Shown in pieces: positions 54,853 to 64,000 of a DNA stretch of 64,000 bases. Where the stretch lies: positions 62,001 to 126,000 of IMG/VR virus record IMGVR_UViG_3300028275_000006; one strand, 5' to 3'. The notes under the pieces are model-generated. The model saw only the letters and a list, made by a program, of their open reading frames with translations, had not been told where the DNA came from and searched no databases. The position numbers and the translations under genes are program-made. The stretch's first letter is position 1. The number at the start of each line of letters is the position of its first letter.

Positions 54853-57507
54853 TTAGTTTACCGATATATTGACATTTGGTGCAGGAAATATCCCCAAACG
54901 CACATTCATAGTCAGCGCCGATTGGGTGTTAATAGTTATTGGTAATGATGCGGTATTACTGCTAACCGTCATTACTCCAGTTAATGGAACACTAACATCA
55001 CCAGCCGCAAATGGATATGTTGCTACAGTAGTAGACCAACGAGCGTTAACTCCTGTATGTACATCAACTTGATTAGGAGTGGCTTCGTAAAAGACTGCTT
55101 CGTAAACCATATTAGGTGAACCTAGTGTGCCAGATGTAGACGCTGTTCCCTCCCAGCGAACACGGAAAGTTCTGTTAGGTGCTGTGCCTTCTGCACCATA
55201 ATAGATTCGTTGACAACTATTGTCTGCAGAACTTATCATTATCTTTGGATAAGGAGGGTTAGTACCATTTAACTGACTCCAGTTTGATGAACCAGCACCA
55301 AATGTGATATATGTATTTGTTCCAATATAAATTGTATTGTATGTTGTACCACAGAATGTTACATTGAACGGCAGTGGAACAGTCCAGTATCCATCGTCTT
55401 GACTGCCAACAAAGGTCAACGCTCCAGGCACAGTAGGTGTTGAACTAGACAATGCTAGGGCACCTAATATACTATTTGTAATAACACTACTGGAACCGTT
55501 AGGTAAACCAGTAGTTAAGAATCTATTTCCGCTGTTAGGTCTTGTATCTAAAGTTATACCAGTAACTATAGCATCAGCAGTATAAACACCAGAGAACGCA
55601 GTAGTAGTCAATGAACCGGACGGCGCAGGCTTTGCTGTAATAATATAAGGAACCTGTGTACCATTAGCAACGTTAGTAGTAGTTAATGTTACTGTAGCAG
55701 TTTGAGTATTTGATACTGTTGAATCGTCTACTGCTAGACTAAATGTTGCGGCCTTATTATAACTGTTAAGAGTTTTCTTTCTTGGATATACTTGTCCACT
55801 GGTAGGTCTGTACCAGTTGTTTACTGTTGGGAAAGGTGTTGGATAATATCCACCGACTTCTTGACCTGGATGTCTTGTTCCTTGAAAGAACAACATCTTT
55901 CTACAACTATTTGGATTGTAAGTAAACCCAGCATCTTTACCATCAAACGTTCCGCCGTTGGTACTTAATACTGTGTCTGTACTAATTGCGGCTATTAATG
56001 CACGAGCATCTGCCTGTGTCATACGAGGATATTTTTCTGCATAACAGGCAATTACACCTACGGTATTAGGACAACTCATACTAGTGCCAGGACACTTTTT
56101 AAAATTATTATTAATTGAGTCAGATCCGCCTAATGCAGTAACTCTTGGATCAGTAGCGGCAGTCCCATCATACAACGATGCTCCACTATTCCAAACACTT
56201 TGAACACCAGAACCGGGTGCATATACATCAATGCGAGGACCGTAGTTACTAAATTCTGCTTTGTAGTCGCCGACCTCAATACCAGTCGAGGCGTAGATAC
56301 TAGCATTTGTTGCTTCGTTGTGTTGTCCTATTGCTCCGCTACAGATAATTTTTGTATCTTCTGTGCCACCATTTGCCGAGCCAGGACTACTACCTCGGTG
56401 AATATAGTAACTAACTCCTCCGTAGACCATATAATTGTCATAGTCAGGACCTCCAGGAACATCTATATACCAATAACTATTTCCTGCGCTGGCTACAATG
56501 ATGACGCCTTCGCTCATCGCCTCAATCATATCTATATCCGTTGCGGAACTTTGTGTTGGCAATGCCGCACCAGTACGGATCCTAAATGTGTCTAAATCTG
56601 CTGTAGTCCATCCTGTACTAGGACGATTATATGTAACACCTCTATAATACACAGAACTAATGCTAGACTCTGTAATTCCATTTAAACGATATCCCCAACT
56701 GTTATTCATAACTGTTGGATTTTTAACACCAGTCAACGGATTGATTGGTTTATTTTTATGAAATTCTCTTACATAATCTATGCTATCGTAGAATGTAATA
56801 TTATAGATATTAGCATCGCGAGCAAACCCTTGTGTGTTACCTGCACAGTTTCCAGTAGTATGTCCACCATGTTCTTGTAATCGGTAACCCGGATAACTGT
56901 ATTCGCCTGCCGCACCACCAGTTACTACAGGATTGTGTTGCTCCCAGTTGTATTCAACCATTCGGCTATAACCAGTACCATCTGGATTCTGTGCATATTC
57001 GTACACAGTAGGGTACGGAGTTCCATCGTCCATAACAACTACGTCAACATTTTTACCACTGGCATCCATAATAATAGTTGCCGCTTGATTAACTGTGCCA
57101 GTAATACCCCAATTACTAATATCTGTTTTTCTGTTTAGTCGTAACAGGCCCCAGTTGATATCGACGCTGTCGCTGGCCACACGTTTGTCAAAGTTTGAAC
57201 TAGTTTGAGTAAACCCGTCACAGCCGATAACCATACCAAGATCTGTATGATTTAATTCAACAGTAAAAACTCTAGGATCGTTTCTAACCTGTGCCGCTTC
57301 GTCATAGGTCAACATATAATGTGTATTTCGACTAATAGGTCGTCTGTTAACACACTCTACCATTCGATCAGGAATGTATAAATTTCCGCTAGGTGTTTCC
57401 ATATCTTTATAAAACTCTTCCGAGTCTTTAAAGTCTTTTAAGGTAACAATGTATTCTTTAAGACTTTGATCTTCTGGATTCCCTAGATGAGGAATTGGTG
57501 TTGTCAT
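54853..57507 (-). CDS. subtilisin-like (S8) serine protease with prodomain and C-terminal beta domains, probably virion-associated
   Basis: VVVMDDG (Asp), HGGHTTG (His), SAGNS (oxyanion), GTSMSCP (Ser). Confidence 0.85.
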   Translation of the reverse strand: MTTPIPHLGNPEDQSLKEYIVTLKDFKDSEEFYKDMETPSGNLYIPDRMVECVNRRPISRNTHYMLTYDEAAQVRNDPRVFTVELNHTDLGMVIGCDGFTQTSSNFDKRVASDSVDINWGLLRLNRKTDISNWGITGTVNQAATIIMDASGKNVDVVVMDDGTPYPTVYEYAQNPDGTGYSRMVEYNWEQHNPVVTGGAAGEYSYPGYRLQEHGGHTTGNCAGNTQGFARDANIYNITFYDSIDYVREFHKNKPINPLTGVKNPTVMNNSWGYRLNGITESSISSVYYRGVTYNRPSTGWTTADLDTFRIRTGAALPTQSSATDIDMIEAMSEGVIIVASAGNSYWYIDVPGGPDYDNYMVYGGVSYYIHRGSSPGSANGGTEDTKIICSGAIGQHNEATNASIYASTGIEVGDYKAEFSNYGPRIDVYAPGSGVQSVWNSGASLYDGTAATDPRVTALGGSDSINNNFKKCPGTSMSCPNTVGVIACYAEKYPRMTQADARALIAAISTDTVLSTNGGTFDGKDAGFTYNPNSCRKMLFFQGTRHPGQEVGGYYPTPFPTVNNWYRPTSGQVYPRKKTLNSYNKAATFSLAVDDSTVSNTQTATVTLTTTNVANGTQVPYIITAKPAPSGSLTTTAFSGVYTADAIVTGITLDTRPNSGNRFLTTGLPNGSSSVITNSILGALALSSSTPTVPGALTFVGSQDDGYWTVPLPFNVTFCGTTYNTIYIGTNTYITFGAGSSNWSQLNGTNPPYPKIMISSADNSCQRIYYGAEGTAPNRTFRVRWEGTASTSGTLGSPNMVYEAVFYEATPNQVDVHTGVNARWSTTVATYPFAAGDVSVPLTGVMTVSSNTASLPITINTQSALTMNVRLGIFPAPNVNISVN

Positions 57508-57508
57508 A

Positions 57509-59668
57509 TTATGCTTCCAATTGTAGTAGTTTTACTGTAACAGTAATAGCCGCTGTTGAGCCGCTTCTGTTAACTACTTTAATTTGTATATCTGTAGTTG
57601 GACTAGATTCATCGTTATAGCCAAATACACCAGGAGTAAATGTTTGTGTTTGTGCTCCGGTAGTAATTACCTCAGCAATTACTCCACTACCTGGTACTGG
57701 ATCATCTGTAATTGCACGACTAGCATCTGCTGTACGTGCCGCAGAAGATGTATAAACAGTTACCCAAGCCGCCGCACTAGTTTGAATACTTAATAACGCA
57801 TAACCACTGAAGCCTGTAATTGTAGCATTAGCACTGGCTAAGTTTGCTATCGAAGAAGTAGTAACAGAACGTGTTGTTCTGGTCGATAGTGTACCACCGC
57901 CGCCCCCGCCACCAGTTGCATCGGTATCATTAACCCATGCACTACCATTCCATTTTAAAACTTGCCCAACACTTGGACTAGAAACAGTCACATCTGCCAG
58001 GTCATTAATACTGGCCGTAGAAATATCTGTGCCACCACCTCCGCCGCTAATTGTTGTCCATGCCAATGTTCCTGAACCGTTTGTTGCTAGAACTTGTCCA
58101 CTGGTTCCGTCTGTGGCTGGGAATGTGAACCCTGGAAATCTTGTTGTGCCGTTTTCTTTGAATACCCATGTAGGCTTGGTAATATCGTTGAACGTTTGAA
58201 TATAGATATCGTTCTCAGCATATAGCCCCCAACCAATAGTTGGACCTGCTAGGAATTCTTTCCAACCAACTGATGCTTGTCCATTGGCAGCACTGCCTGC
58301 ATTAATAATACCGTTGTTAGGTAGTGTTACTGAACCGTCTGTATTAAATGTAAAATCTTTAGTACCGTTTGTAGTTAATTTAACACCGGTATTATTTAAA
58401 ATAATTTTATTAGTATATGCGCTATGACTTACACCCCAGTTAAGTGTAATGCTACCTGCGGTATCGGCAACATTAATGGCAAACGGGTCGTTAGTATTTC
58501 TTGTATATCCGTCCACAGCCAATGTACCGTTGTCAAATGCAATAGTGCCACCTGCTGGTAATGTTAGAGTACCATCGTCTCCAAATATCCAACCATGCAC
58601 GGTTGCACCATAGTTACCAGTTGAAATCTTTACTGCCTTTAATCCATCGGAATCAGAATTAAAGCCAATGGTCGCCAAATCGAGACCGTTAGAAGATGTC
58701 CAGCCTACTAATATCTGAGAATTATTACCCGGTGCCGCAATATGTATTGATTCATTTAGTGCCTGAATCATCATCGTTCCGAGACTTGGGCTATAGTCGC
58801 CTAACTTAGCAATTTTTAAATTAGTAGGAAAATCTAACGCACCGTCTGTACCAAATGACCAAGTATTAGTACTATTAGTAATCGAAGGAGTTGTGACGTC
58901 TGCAAATTCTACGCTATCTGTTGTGTTTAAATTTTGATTAGGTGCATCTAACAAATCGTTATAACTTACACTCTGACCAATAGTTGCACTTAAAGTGGTA
59001 GCAGTTGCTTGACAGCGAACAGCGAAAGGAATCTGTTGCCAATCGGACGCTACAAAGGAGGCAAACGGATCAGTTACGCCACCGATGTAAACATACATAT
59101 AATCTGTACAGATTGTAGCAACATCAACAACTCCATTGATATCGCTGTCAGAATAGTGGTTACCGCCAGTGTCTACGGTGGCGCCGCTGATATAACCATC
59201 AGCATCTAATGTTGCAGAATACGTTGCTCTGATCCATCCATAGGGAACAGTTAGTTGTGTACCACCTAATACTGCCCATGCAAAAGCATCGATTAATTTA
59301 ACATTTAAAGCGTTCCCCCATGTTCTGTCTTGTACTGGACCTGCTTTGGGATAGACTTCAACTGCTTGGTGTCCAGTAGGATCATAAACACCAGGAAGAA
59401 TAACCTGTCCATTAGTAGTTGCTGATAGTTTGGCATCGCCAATATACACAGATCCAGAACCAACATATAAACTGTGCCAACGATTTGTAGGGCTACCTAA
59501 GTTGTATGTTAAATCACTGTCTGGAACAATATTTTGTGATACTGCTGAAAAGTCACCTTCTGGAATTGTAGTGTACAATTCTCCGATCATTGTATCAATC
59601 TTTTTTAAGGCTGATCCTAACGGTTCTCTACTAATGCCGTCGCCTAAATTTAATGGTGTATATGCCAT
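57509..59668 (-). CDS. tail fibre-like structural protein
   Basis: YNLGSPTNRWHSLYV, WxFGxDGxL repeats, GQVLKWNGSAW, poly-Gly hinges. Confidence 0.7.
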   Translation of the reverse strand: MAYTPLNLGDGISREPLGSALKKIDTMIGELYTTIPEGDFSAVSQNIVPDSDLTYNLGSPTNRWHSLYVGSGSVYIGDAKLSATTNGQVILPGVYDPTGHQAVEVYPKAGPVQDRTWGNALNVKLIDAFAWAVLGGTQLTVPYGWIRATYSATLDADGYISGATVDTGGNHYSDSDINGVVDVATICTDYMYVYIGGVTDPFASFVASDWQQIPFAVRCQATATTLSATIGQSVSYNDLLDAPNQNLNTTDSVEFADVTTPSITNSTNTWSFGTDGALDFPTNLKIAKLGDYSPSLGTMMIQALNESIHIAAPGNNSQILVGWTSSNGLDLATIGFNSDSDGLKAVKISTGNYGATVHGWIFGDDGTLTLPAGGTIAFDNGTLAVDGYTRNTNDPFAINVADTAGSITLNWGVSHSAYTNKIILNNTGVKLTTNGTKDFTFNTDGSVTLPNNGIINAGSAANGQASVGWKEFLAGPTIGWGLYAENDIYIQTFNDITKPTWVFKENGTTRFPGFTFPATDGTSGQVLATNGSGTLAWTTISGGGGGTDISTASINDLADVTVSSPSVGQVLKWNGSAWVNDTDATGGGGGGGTLSTRTTRSVTTSSIANLASANATITGFSGYALLSIQTSAAAWVTVYTSSAARTADASRAITDDPVPGSGVIAEVITTGAQTQTFTPGVFGYNDESSPTTDIQIKVVNRSGSTAAITVTVKLLQLEA

Positions 59669-59689
59669 GGGAAATCCTCGCTTATCCTA

Positions 59690-59695
59690 TATTTA
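59690..59695 (-). promoter_or_regulatory. T4-late-like promoter for fibre + S8 protease
   Basis: gcTAAATAt. Confidence 0.55.
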
Positions 59696-59722
59696 GCGAG
59701 TTTTGGTATAGATACAATAGTC

Positions 59723-59747
59723 AAAAAAATACCCGCCGAAGCGGGTA
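59723..59747 (-). terminator. intrinsic terminator with UUCG tetraloop
   Basis: TACCCGC-TTCG-GCGGGTA-TTTTTTT. Confidence 0.88.
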
Positions 59748-59758
59748 AAGTTTGTAGT

Positions 59759-60352
59759 TTATTCGTCTTCCCAGGGTACAGGAATCCAACCTAGTTTAAG
59801 TAAATCTGCTTCTATTTCTTCTGTAACAATGCCTTCGGGCACATATCCTGTACGCTTTTGCCATTGTTCATTAGTTTCTTTAGCATCGTACTCTTGATTA
59901 AGTCCGCCCATACCTGAACAGTACCAATCAATGTAATCACCTTCTTGACGCATATCTGCAACAATGCCGCCAGCACTACGCCAACTAGCACTCCACAAAT
60001 CTTTGTCAGGATCTTGTCGCAGATAAGGAAACATTTCTTTACGAACAAAACGCATATTACACATAGCCGCATAAAGATTCTGTGCATAGGCATCGCTGTT
60101 ACGAACCTTGGCTAGAATCCAATCTGTACTACGTAGGTCGTATTCTAAATTATTTTCCTGCCATTCGGGGTTAGACATGTTTTCTTCGTCTTGTTCACGA
60201 AAGGTTTTAAAAAGATTTAAGTAATCTTCTCTAGGCTCTTTACCTTCTTCCGCACAACGTTCGATATATCCGTTTAATTGAAAACTATGACGCTCTGGGC
60301 TTGAGCTTATTTTAACGTTTGTATCCGGTGAATCCGAGTTTTCTGTAGGCAT
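59759..60352 (-). CDS. conserved hypothetical protein
   Basis: YAQNLYAAMCN...WSASWRSAGG...DYIDWYCSG. Confidence 0.7.
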   Translation of the reverse strand: MPTENSDSPDTNVKISSSPERHSFQLNGYIERCAEEGKEPREDYLNLFKTFREQDEENMSNPEWQENNLEYDLRSTDWILAKVRNSDAYAQNLYAAMCNMRFVRKEMFPYLRQDPDKDLWSASWRSAGGIVADMRQEGDYIDWYCSGMGGLNQEYDAKETNEQWQKRTGYVPEGIVTEEIEADLLKLGWIPVPWEDE

Positions 60353-60845
60353 TACGCACTCCTATAGCCTGTCGTTTAGCATCTTCTAACGCATTGTGTT
60401 TTGCATCCTGCGGCATTTCAGGATCTGCTAGTTCAAACAATGTACGTGTGTCACGCATTTCCCAGAAGTTCCAAGGATATGCACGACCTAATTTTTCGTA
60501 GATATTCTGCAAAATCATTAAGTCAAAAGTAGCACCGTGACTCCAAAAATGACTGCACCCCCATGCTAGTGCATGAAACTGATTAATAACTTCATGGATT
60601 GGAATACGATCCCTTGGATCAAATGCTTCCTCCATGATGTTAGTATCCTGCTGATTCCACCATTTTAGTGTGTCGTCGCTTACAGTACAACCTAGAGCAT
60701 CTTGGCTGTCTATCTCCACACGCAGATAAAGTTCTTTCATGGGTGCATTTGTAAACGGATCAAACCTTACTGCGCCCAAGGTAAGAATAGTTGCTGTAGT
60801 CTTTGTGTCAAGAGTTTCCAAGTCGACCATTAAGTGTTGTGCCAT
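60312..60845 (-). CDS. DEDDh 3'-5' exonuclease (Rv2179c/RNase AS-like)
   Basis: MVDLETL, GATFD, RDTRT, HNALEDA. Confidence 0.85.
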   Translation of the reverse strand: MAQHLMVDLETLDTKTTATILTLGAVRFDPFTNAPMKELYLRVEIDSQDALGCTVSDDTLKWWNQQDTNIMEEAFDPRDRIPIHEVINQFHALAWGCSHFWSHGATFDLMILQNIYEKLGRAYPWNFWEMRDTRTLFELADPEMPQDAKHNALEDAKRQAIGVRNAYRKLGFTGYKR

Positions 60846-60848
60846 ATA

Positions 60849-61211
60849 TTATACCAGAATGAAAATGATTAAAAGATAACCTAGTTGATGAGCCATTTGA
60901 TCTAGGCCTAAATGATTCCAAAATTCCTTAGTAGTAATATCTCTATTACCCCAATTCATTTTAGCCCAGTCTATGTGGTAGTGCATTATAAAATCTAACG
61001 CACCCATAGCCAGTGCTACATTAAGATTGGCCACAGTTAGCACGACTACGGTTGTACCAAAGCCGTGTTTTAGACTGTGTTTAATGCCACGCCAGTCGAG
61101 ATAAATTCCTTTATGCTTGACCTCTTCGTCACTTTGATTAACAAAGTCAATGTACCAATGCTTAACCTGAAGTAAAGCCAATAGAATGAGTGCAATAGTT
61201 AGATAGTCCAT
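60849..61211 (-). CDS. DUF3307-like membrane protein
   Basis: KHWYIDF...H...H...HYHIDW...LGLDQMAH. Confidence 0.7.
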   Translation of the reverse strand: MDYLTIALILLALLQVKHWYIDFVNQSDEEVKHKGIYLDWRGIKHSLKHGFGTTVVVLTVANLNVALAMGALDFIMHYHIDWAKMNWGNRDITTKEFWNHLGLDQMAHQLGYLLIIFILV

Positions 61212-61218
61212 GCTTATG

Positions 61219-61247
61219 ATTATACTATCTTATTAATGTAAAGTCAA
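61219..61247 (-). promoter_or_regulatory. sigma70-type promoter (leaderless or near-leaderless mRNA)
   Basis: TTGACT-17-TATAAT; ATG 8 nt downstream. Confidence 0.75.
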
Positions 61248-61249
61248 GT

Positions 61250-61435
61250 TTACTTCTTGGGTTTATCGTTCGATTCGTCCAAATCGTAGTATTCGTTTTT
61301 CATTATTGCTTCATCAAACTTTTCTGCATCTGTCTTTTTATTTTTTCGAAAAATGTTATCGTAATTATTACGATAGTTGTCAGTGACTCCTTTGGTTTGA
61401 ATAGAGTCGCCTGTGATGTCGTTTCTTGCTACCAT
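61250..61435 (-). CDS. hypothetical protein
   Basis: AAGGAG RBS; NDITGDSIQTK. Confidence 0.65.
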   Translation of the reverse strand: MVARNDITGDSIQTKGVTDNYRNNYDNIFRKNKKTDAEKFDEAIMKNEYYDLDESNDKPKK

Positions 61436-61471
61436 ACCACACTCCTTAAAAGTATAGTTATCTGGAGAAGG

Positions 61472-61930
61472 TCAAGTTCTCCAGATTTCCTTAAAGCCTT
61501 CGTCTTCGGTTGGCATTTCAAAAGTATCAATCATGCTACGCATAACTGAATCTGGAATGTTCTTGCCTGGACGACTGGCTAAACGTCGATCCAATTCTTC
61601 CTTTTTAGGAGTTGGAAATACCACAGCAATATGTTCATAGTTAGGCAACATATTGAACTTACGCTTACGGCTCTTAATCGAAACACTGGTCTGATCCCAG
61701 ATGATATCTAAATTATTTGCCTTACAAATTTCGACTTGGTTAGCCATCAACTTTACGGCAATAGGCATATATTCATCAAAAACTTCGTTGTAGGTTTTAC
61801 CCATTTTTTCAGCGTATTCTTCCACAAACTTATCTGTGCTAACCACAGGAATATCCTTAGCCCAGTCTTGATTCTTAATCCAAGTGCTCTTACCTGCACC
61901 TGGCACTCCGATTAATTGATAACACTTCAT
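61472..61930 (-). CDS. P-loop kinase (polynucleotide 5'-kinase-like, AAA_33)
   Basis: LIGVPGAGKSTW, VSTD, WDQT, RLASR lid. Confidence 0.8.
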   Translation of the reverse strand: MKCYQLIGVPGAGKSTWIKNQDWAKDIPVVSTDKFVEEYAEKMGKTYNEVFDEYMPIAVKLMANQVEICKANNLDIIWDQTSVSIKSRKRKFNMLPNYEHIAVVFPTPKKEELDRRLASRPGKNIPDSVMRSMIDTFEMPTEDEGFKEIWRT

Positions 61931-62160
61931 GGTTGAAAGTTGTCCCTTCCTTTTGTATGCTTACTGATTTCGGCTAAGGTTGCCCTTAGCATTTGAATTT
62001 CCATTGCGGCTTCTTCTAACAAGTTAGCAATCTTGTCGGGCTTACCTTCTGTGACTGCTAACCTGCCAGGAATCTGCCTACGTATCTCTGCTCGTTTATA
62101 CAAGCGGAACACTAGGCTTTGCTCTGCTACAGGCAAATGACTTTCATCTTCACATCTCAT
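61927..62160 (-). CDS. hypothetical protein (start ATG 62160)
   Basis: ATGA overlaps on both sides. Confidence 0.6.
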   Translation of the reverse strand: MRCEDESHLPVAEQSLVFRLYKRAEIRRQIPGRLAVTEGKPDKIANLLEEAAMEIQMLRATLAEISKHTKGRDNFQP

Positions 62161-63041
62161 ACTGTCTCCATATAGTTGCGTACCCAAGATAAACGAGCTT
62201 GCTCGTCCATAGCAGTATACTCCTCAATGTTAGCACGGATAGCATCCACTAGTGGATAGTATTCTTCGTCTAAATTGTGCTTGATGTCTTTGTTCAAGTC
62301 TACTAACTTGTCTGTGCGTGGATTGCGAGCAACCCACTTTGAAGTCAAGTAGTAAGGTGACTTGATCTTAGAACCAACGCCGTCCTTAGTATAGAATACA
62401 AAACCTTCGTGCTTAACAGTCTTTACTAGAGCCTTTAACTCGCCTACTGTAGTAGTAAAGATATCCACAGGGAGGCATCCAAGATGCTTGCCCAAAGGTT
62501 CTAGCGTAAACTTTTCGTAGTATAACTTACCGTTCCAGTCTTTGTGACGGAATCCGATAAAGTACAGTCCAGGTTCTTCAGGTATGATGTGTGGGTCAGT
62601 TGGATGAACGCACTCAAACATAAAAGTAAAATCTGGGGCACATCTTAGTACATCACGGAAGTTATCAGTGATATATTCCTTTGCCATATCGACAAACTCG
62701 CCTGAAGTAGAACCTGTTGTTGAAACTAGGATATCTCCATTGTGCCAAGTCATAGCAACCATAAAGCCGTTAACTTTACGAAGTGCTGTGATCTCAGTAT
62801 CGTCGGATAGCACTGGTGCTTCCTTTTCAATACCATAGTTATAGATCTTTGTGAATGGTCGTTGTACTACATTAAACTCAGAGTCTACAATAGTACCTCG
62901 ACATTCGGCGATGTATTCGTTCCACAAGTTATCGTAGAACACTTTCTTCTTGTACTTTAGCACATAGATACCATCGCCACATTCTTTCATGTTGACTAGG
63001 TTACTAGTGTTTACATACTCCTTCAATTCATCTTTAAACAT
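62157..63041 (-). CDS. RNA ligase 1 (T4 Rnl1-like)
   Basis: ECRG, PFTKIYN, RKVNGF (motif I), FMFEC, HEGFV (IV), KIKS (V). Confidence 0.82.
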   Translation of the reverse strand: MFKDELKEYVNTSNLVNMKECGDGIYVLKYKKKVFYDNLWNEYIAECRGTIVDSEFNVVQRPFTKIYNYGIEKEAPVLSDDTEITALRKVNGFMVAMTWHNGDILVSTTGSTSGEFVDMAKEYITDNFRDVLRCAPDFTFMFECVHPTDPHIIPEEPGLYFIGFRHKDWNGKLYYEKFTLEPLGKHLGCLPVDIFTTTVGELKALVKTVKHEGFVFYTKDGVGSKIKSPYYLTSKWVARNPRTDKLVDLNKDIKHNLDEEYYPLVDAIRANIEEYTAMDEQARLSWVRNYMETV

Positions 63042-63582
63042 GATGACCCTTAATTTCGTTGTTTTTAATTCTGCCAATCGCATATTCCATTGACACAACA
63101 ATCTCACCGGTTGAATCCATACCTACATCGAATGCACGATACTTTTCTAATCCACTAACACCTCCGTGTAAGTGACCATGAAAATGTAATGCTCCTCTGT
63201 GCATTTGATCCCACTCAGCAATCGGATAGTGAAACATGACAATCTTGTGACCATCATATGTAATATCCAAATACTCGTGTACTTCTGCAAACGCACCACG
63301 GAACGTTTCGTCCATCAATGTCTTACGGTCATGATTTCCTCTAATTAAAATCTTTGTGCCATTCAAACGCTTTACCATTCTACCAGCATCACTACCTGAC
63401 ATGAACGCTACATCGCCTAAGATGTAGACTGTGTCTTCAGGTTTGACTTTATGGTTCCATTCTTCGGCCATGGCGTTGTTCATATATGCAACGTCGTCTT
63501 TAAATCGTGCTCTCGTCACTGGACAGAACTTCATGATGTTCTTATGTCCAAAGTGTAAGTCGCTTGTAATCCATGTTTTCAT
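63034..63582 (-). CDS. calcineurin-like metallophosphoesterase (start ATG 63582)
   Basis: SDLHFGH, LGDV, GNHD, HYP, HGHLH. Confidence 0.88.
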   Translation of the reverse strand: MKTWITSDLHFGHKNIMKFCPVTRARFKDDVAYMNNAMAEEWNHKVKPEDTVYILGDVAFMSGSDAGRMVKRLNGTKILIRGNHDRKTLMDETFRGAFAEVHEYLDITYDGHKIVMFHYPIAEWDQMHRGALHFHGHLHGGVSGLEKYRAFDVGMDSTGEIVVSMEYAIGRIKNNEIKGHHV

Positions 63583-63606
63583 TTTTTCGCTCTTCTTTCT
63601 TGTTAT

Positions 63607-63635
63607 ATTATACAGCCAAAAGAACGCCCTGTCAA
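63607..63635 (-). promoter_or_regulatory. sigma70-type promoter for the RNA-repair operon
   Basis: TTGACA-17-TATAAT. Confidence 0.8.
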
Positions 63636-63662
63636 CTCTCGAAGACAGGGCAAATGTTGTTT

Positions 63663-64000
63663 TTATACAACGGGCTTGTATGTGCGCCAATCGTCGATGT
63701 TGGGCTTTTCGTCCGCATCGTAGGTCCAACCCAAGGCTCGCATCATTCTGTGCTTAACGAGCAGATTAGGGCTTCTAAACCGCCCTGTATCCTGAAAGCC
63801 CAGCATTACGCCTACTTCGCATACAGCACCGCTACGACAAATTCCAGCAAAACAATGAACAACAACGTTCATTTTGTTATCCAAAGCGTGTTGTAAAAGA
63901 GCCACAAGTTGATTGGCTTGTTCTTGACTACACTTCATTGCTTCGTCGTCTACGTGGTCGTTTTCCTCCACGTCCAAAAATTCAAAGTTATGAATTTCCT
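63663..64000 (-). CDS. CX5R (tyrosine/dual-specificity) phosphatase-like protein, 5'-truncated
   Basis: VVHCFAGICRSG; frame stays open to the window edge. Confidence 0.8.
   Translation of the reverse strand, partial: EIHNFEFLDVEENDHVDDEAMKCSQEQANQLVALLQHALDNKMNVVVHCFAGICRSGAVCEVGVMLGFQDTGRFRSPNLLVKHRMMRALGWTYDADEKPNIDDWRTYKPVV

Noticed and set aside
1-64000. Stop-codon reassignment
   Set aside because: Genes tile densely and known families are full length under the standard bacterial code; the DnaE fragment ends at TAA and is followed by an unrelated gene.
1-64000. tRNA/rRNA genes, CRISPR array, integrase/IS, group I intron or intein
   Set aside because: Intergenic gaps are short and explained by promoters or terminators; no cloverleaf, spaced repeats or splicing motifs seen by eye (tRNAscan not run).

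Overview
This 64-kb window is a gene-dense, AT-rich, mostly minus-strand segment of a large (probably jumbo) T4-like myovirus. The two-component spanin and ClpA/IF-1 suggest a Gram-negative host. From left to right it contains: (1) a late-promoter-led cluster of nucleotide-processing enzymes (HAD 5'-nucleotidase fused to an HExxH peptidase, HIGH-family, KxDG ligase-like and Pol-beta nucleotidyltransferases) with capsid-targeting-like N-termini; (2) a dnaJ-def-clpA operon; (3) a lysis cassette (GH19 endolysin, i/o-spanins, holin); (4) phoH, dCMP deaminase, clamp loader, MazG-like, GroES and a stand-alone DnaE fragment; (5) baseplate/tail genes, including a ~3,090-aa protein with six phycobiliprotein-like Cys-x-Arg-Asp repeats; (6) uvsE, glycosyltransferase-like genes and queD; (7) tail-fibre/adhesin genes; (8) early genes including clpP, DNA ligase, a GmrS-like + HNH pair and infA; (9) an S8 protease/fibre pair; (10) a split RNA end-healing/ligation cluster. 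Two promoter classes can be read directly: 11 near-consensus sigma70 promoters and T4-late-like TAAATA boxes. The best novelty candidates are a preQ1-I-like pseudoknot leader placed right at the predicted queD transcription start, the putative virion-packaged nucleotidyltransferase cassette, the GmrSD-like pair and the phycobiliprotein-like tail repeats. No tRNA, rRNA, CRISPR array or integrase was seen. All calls come from motif reading without database searches.
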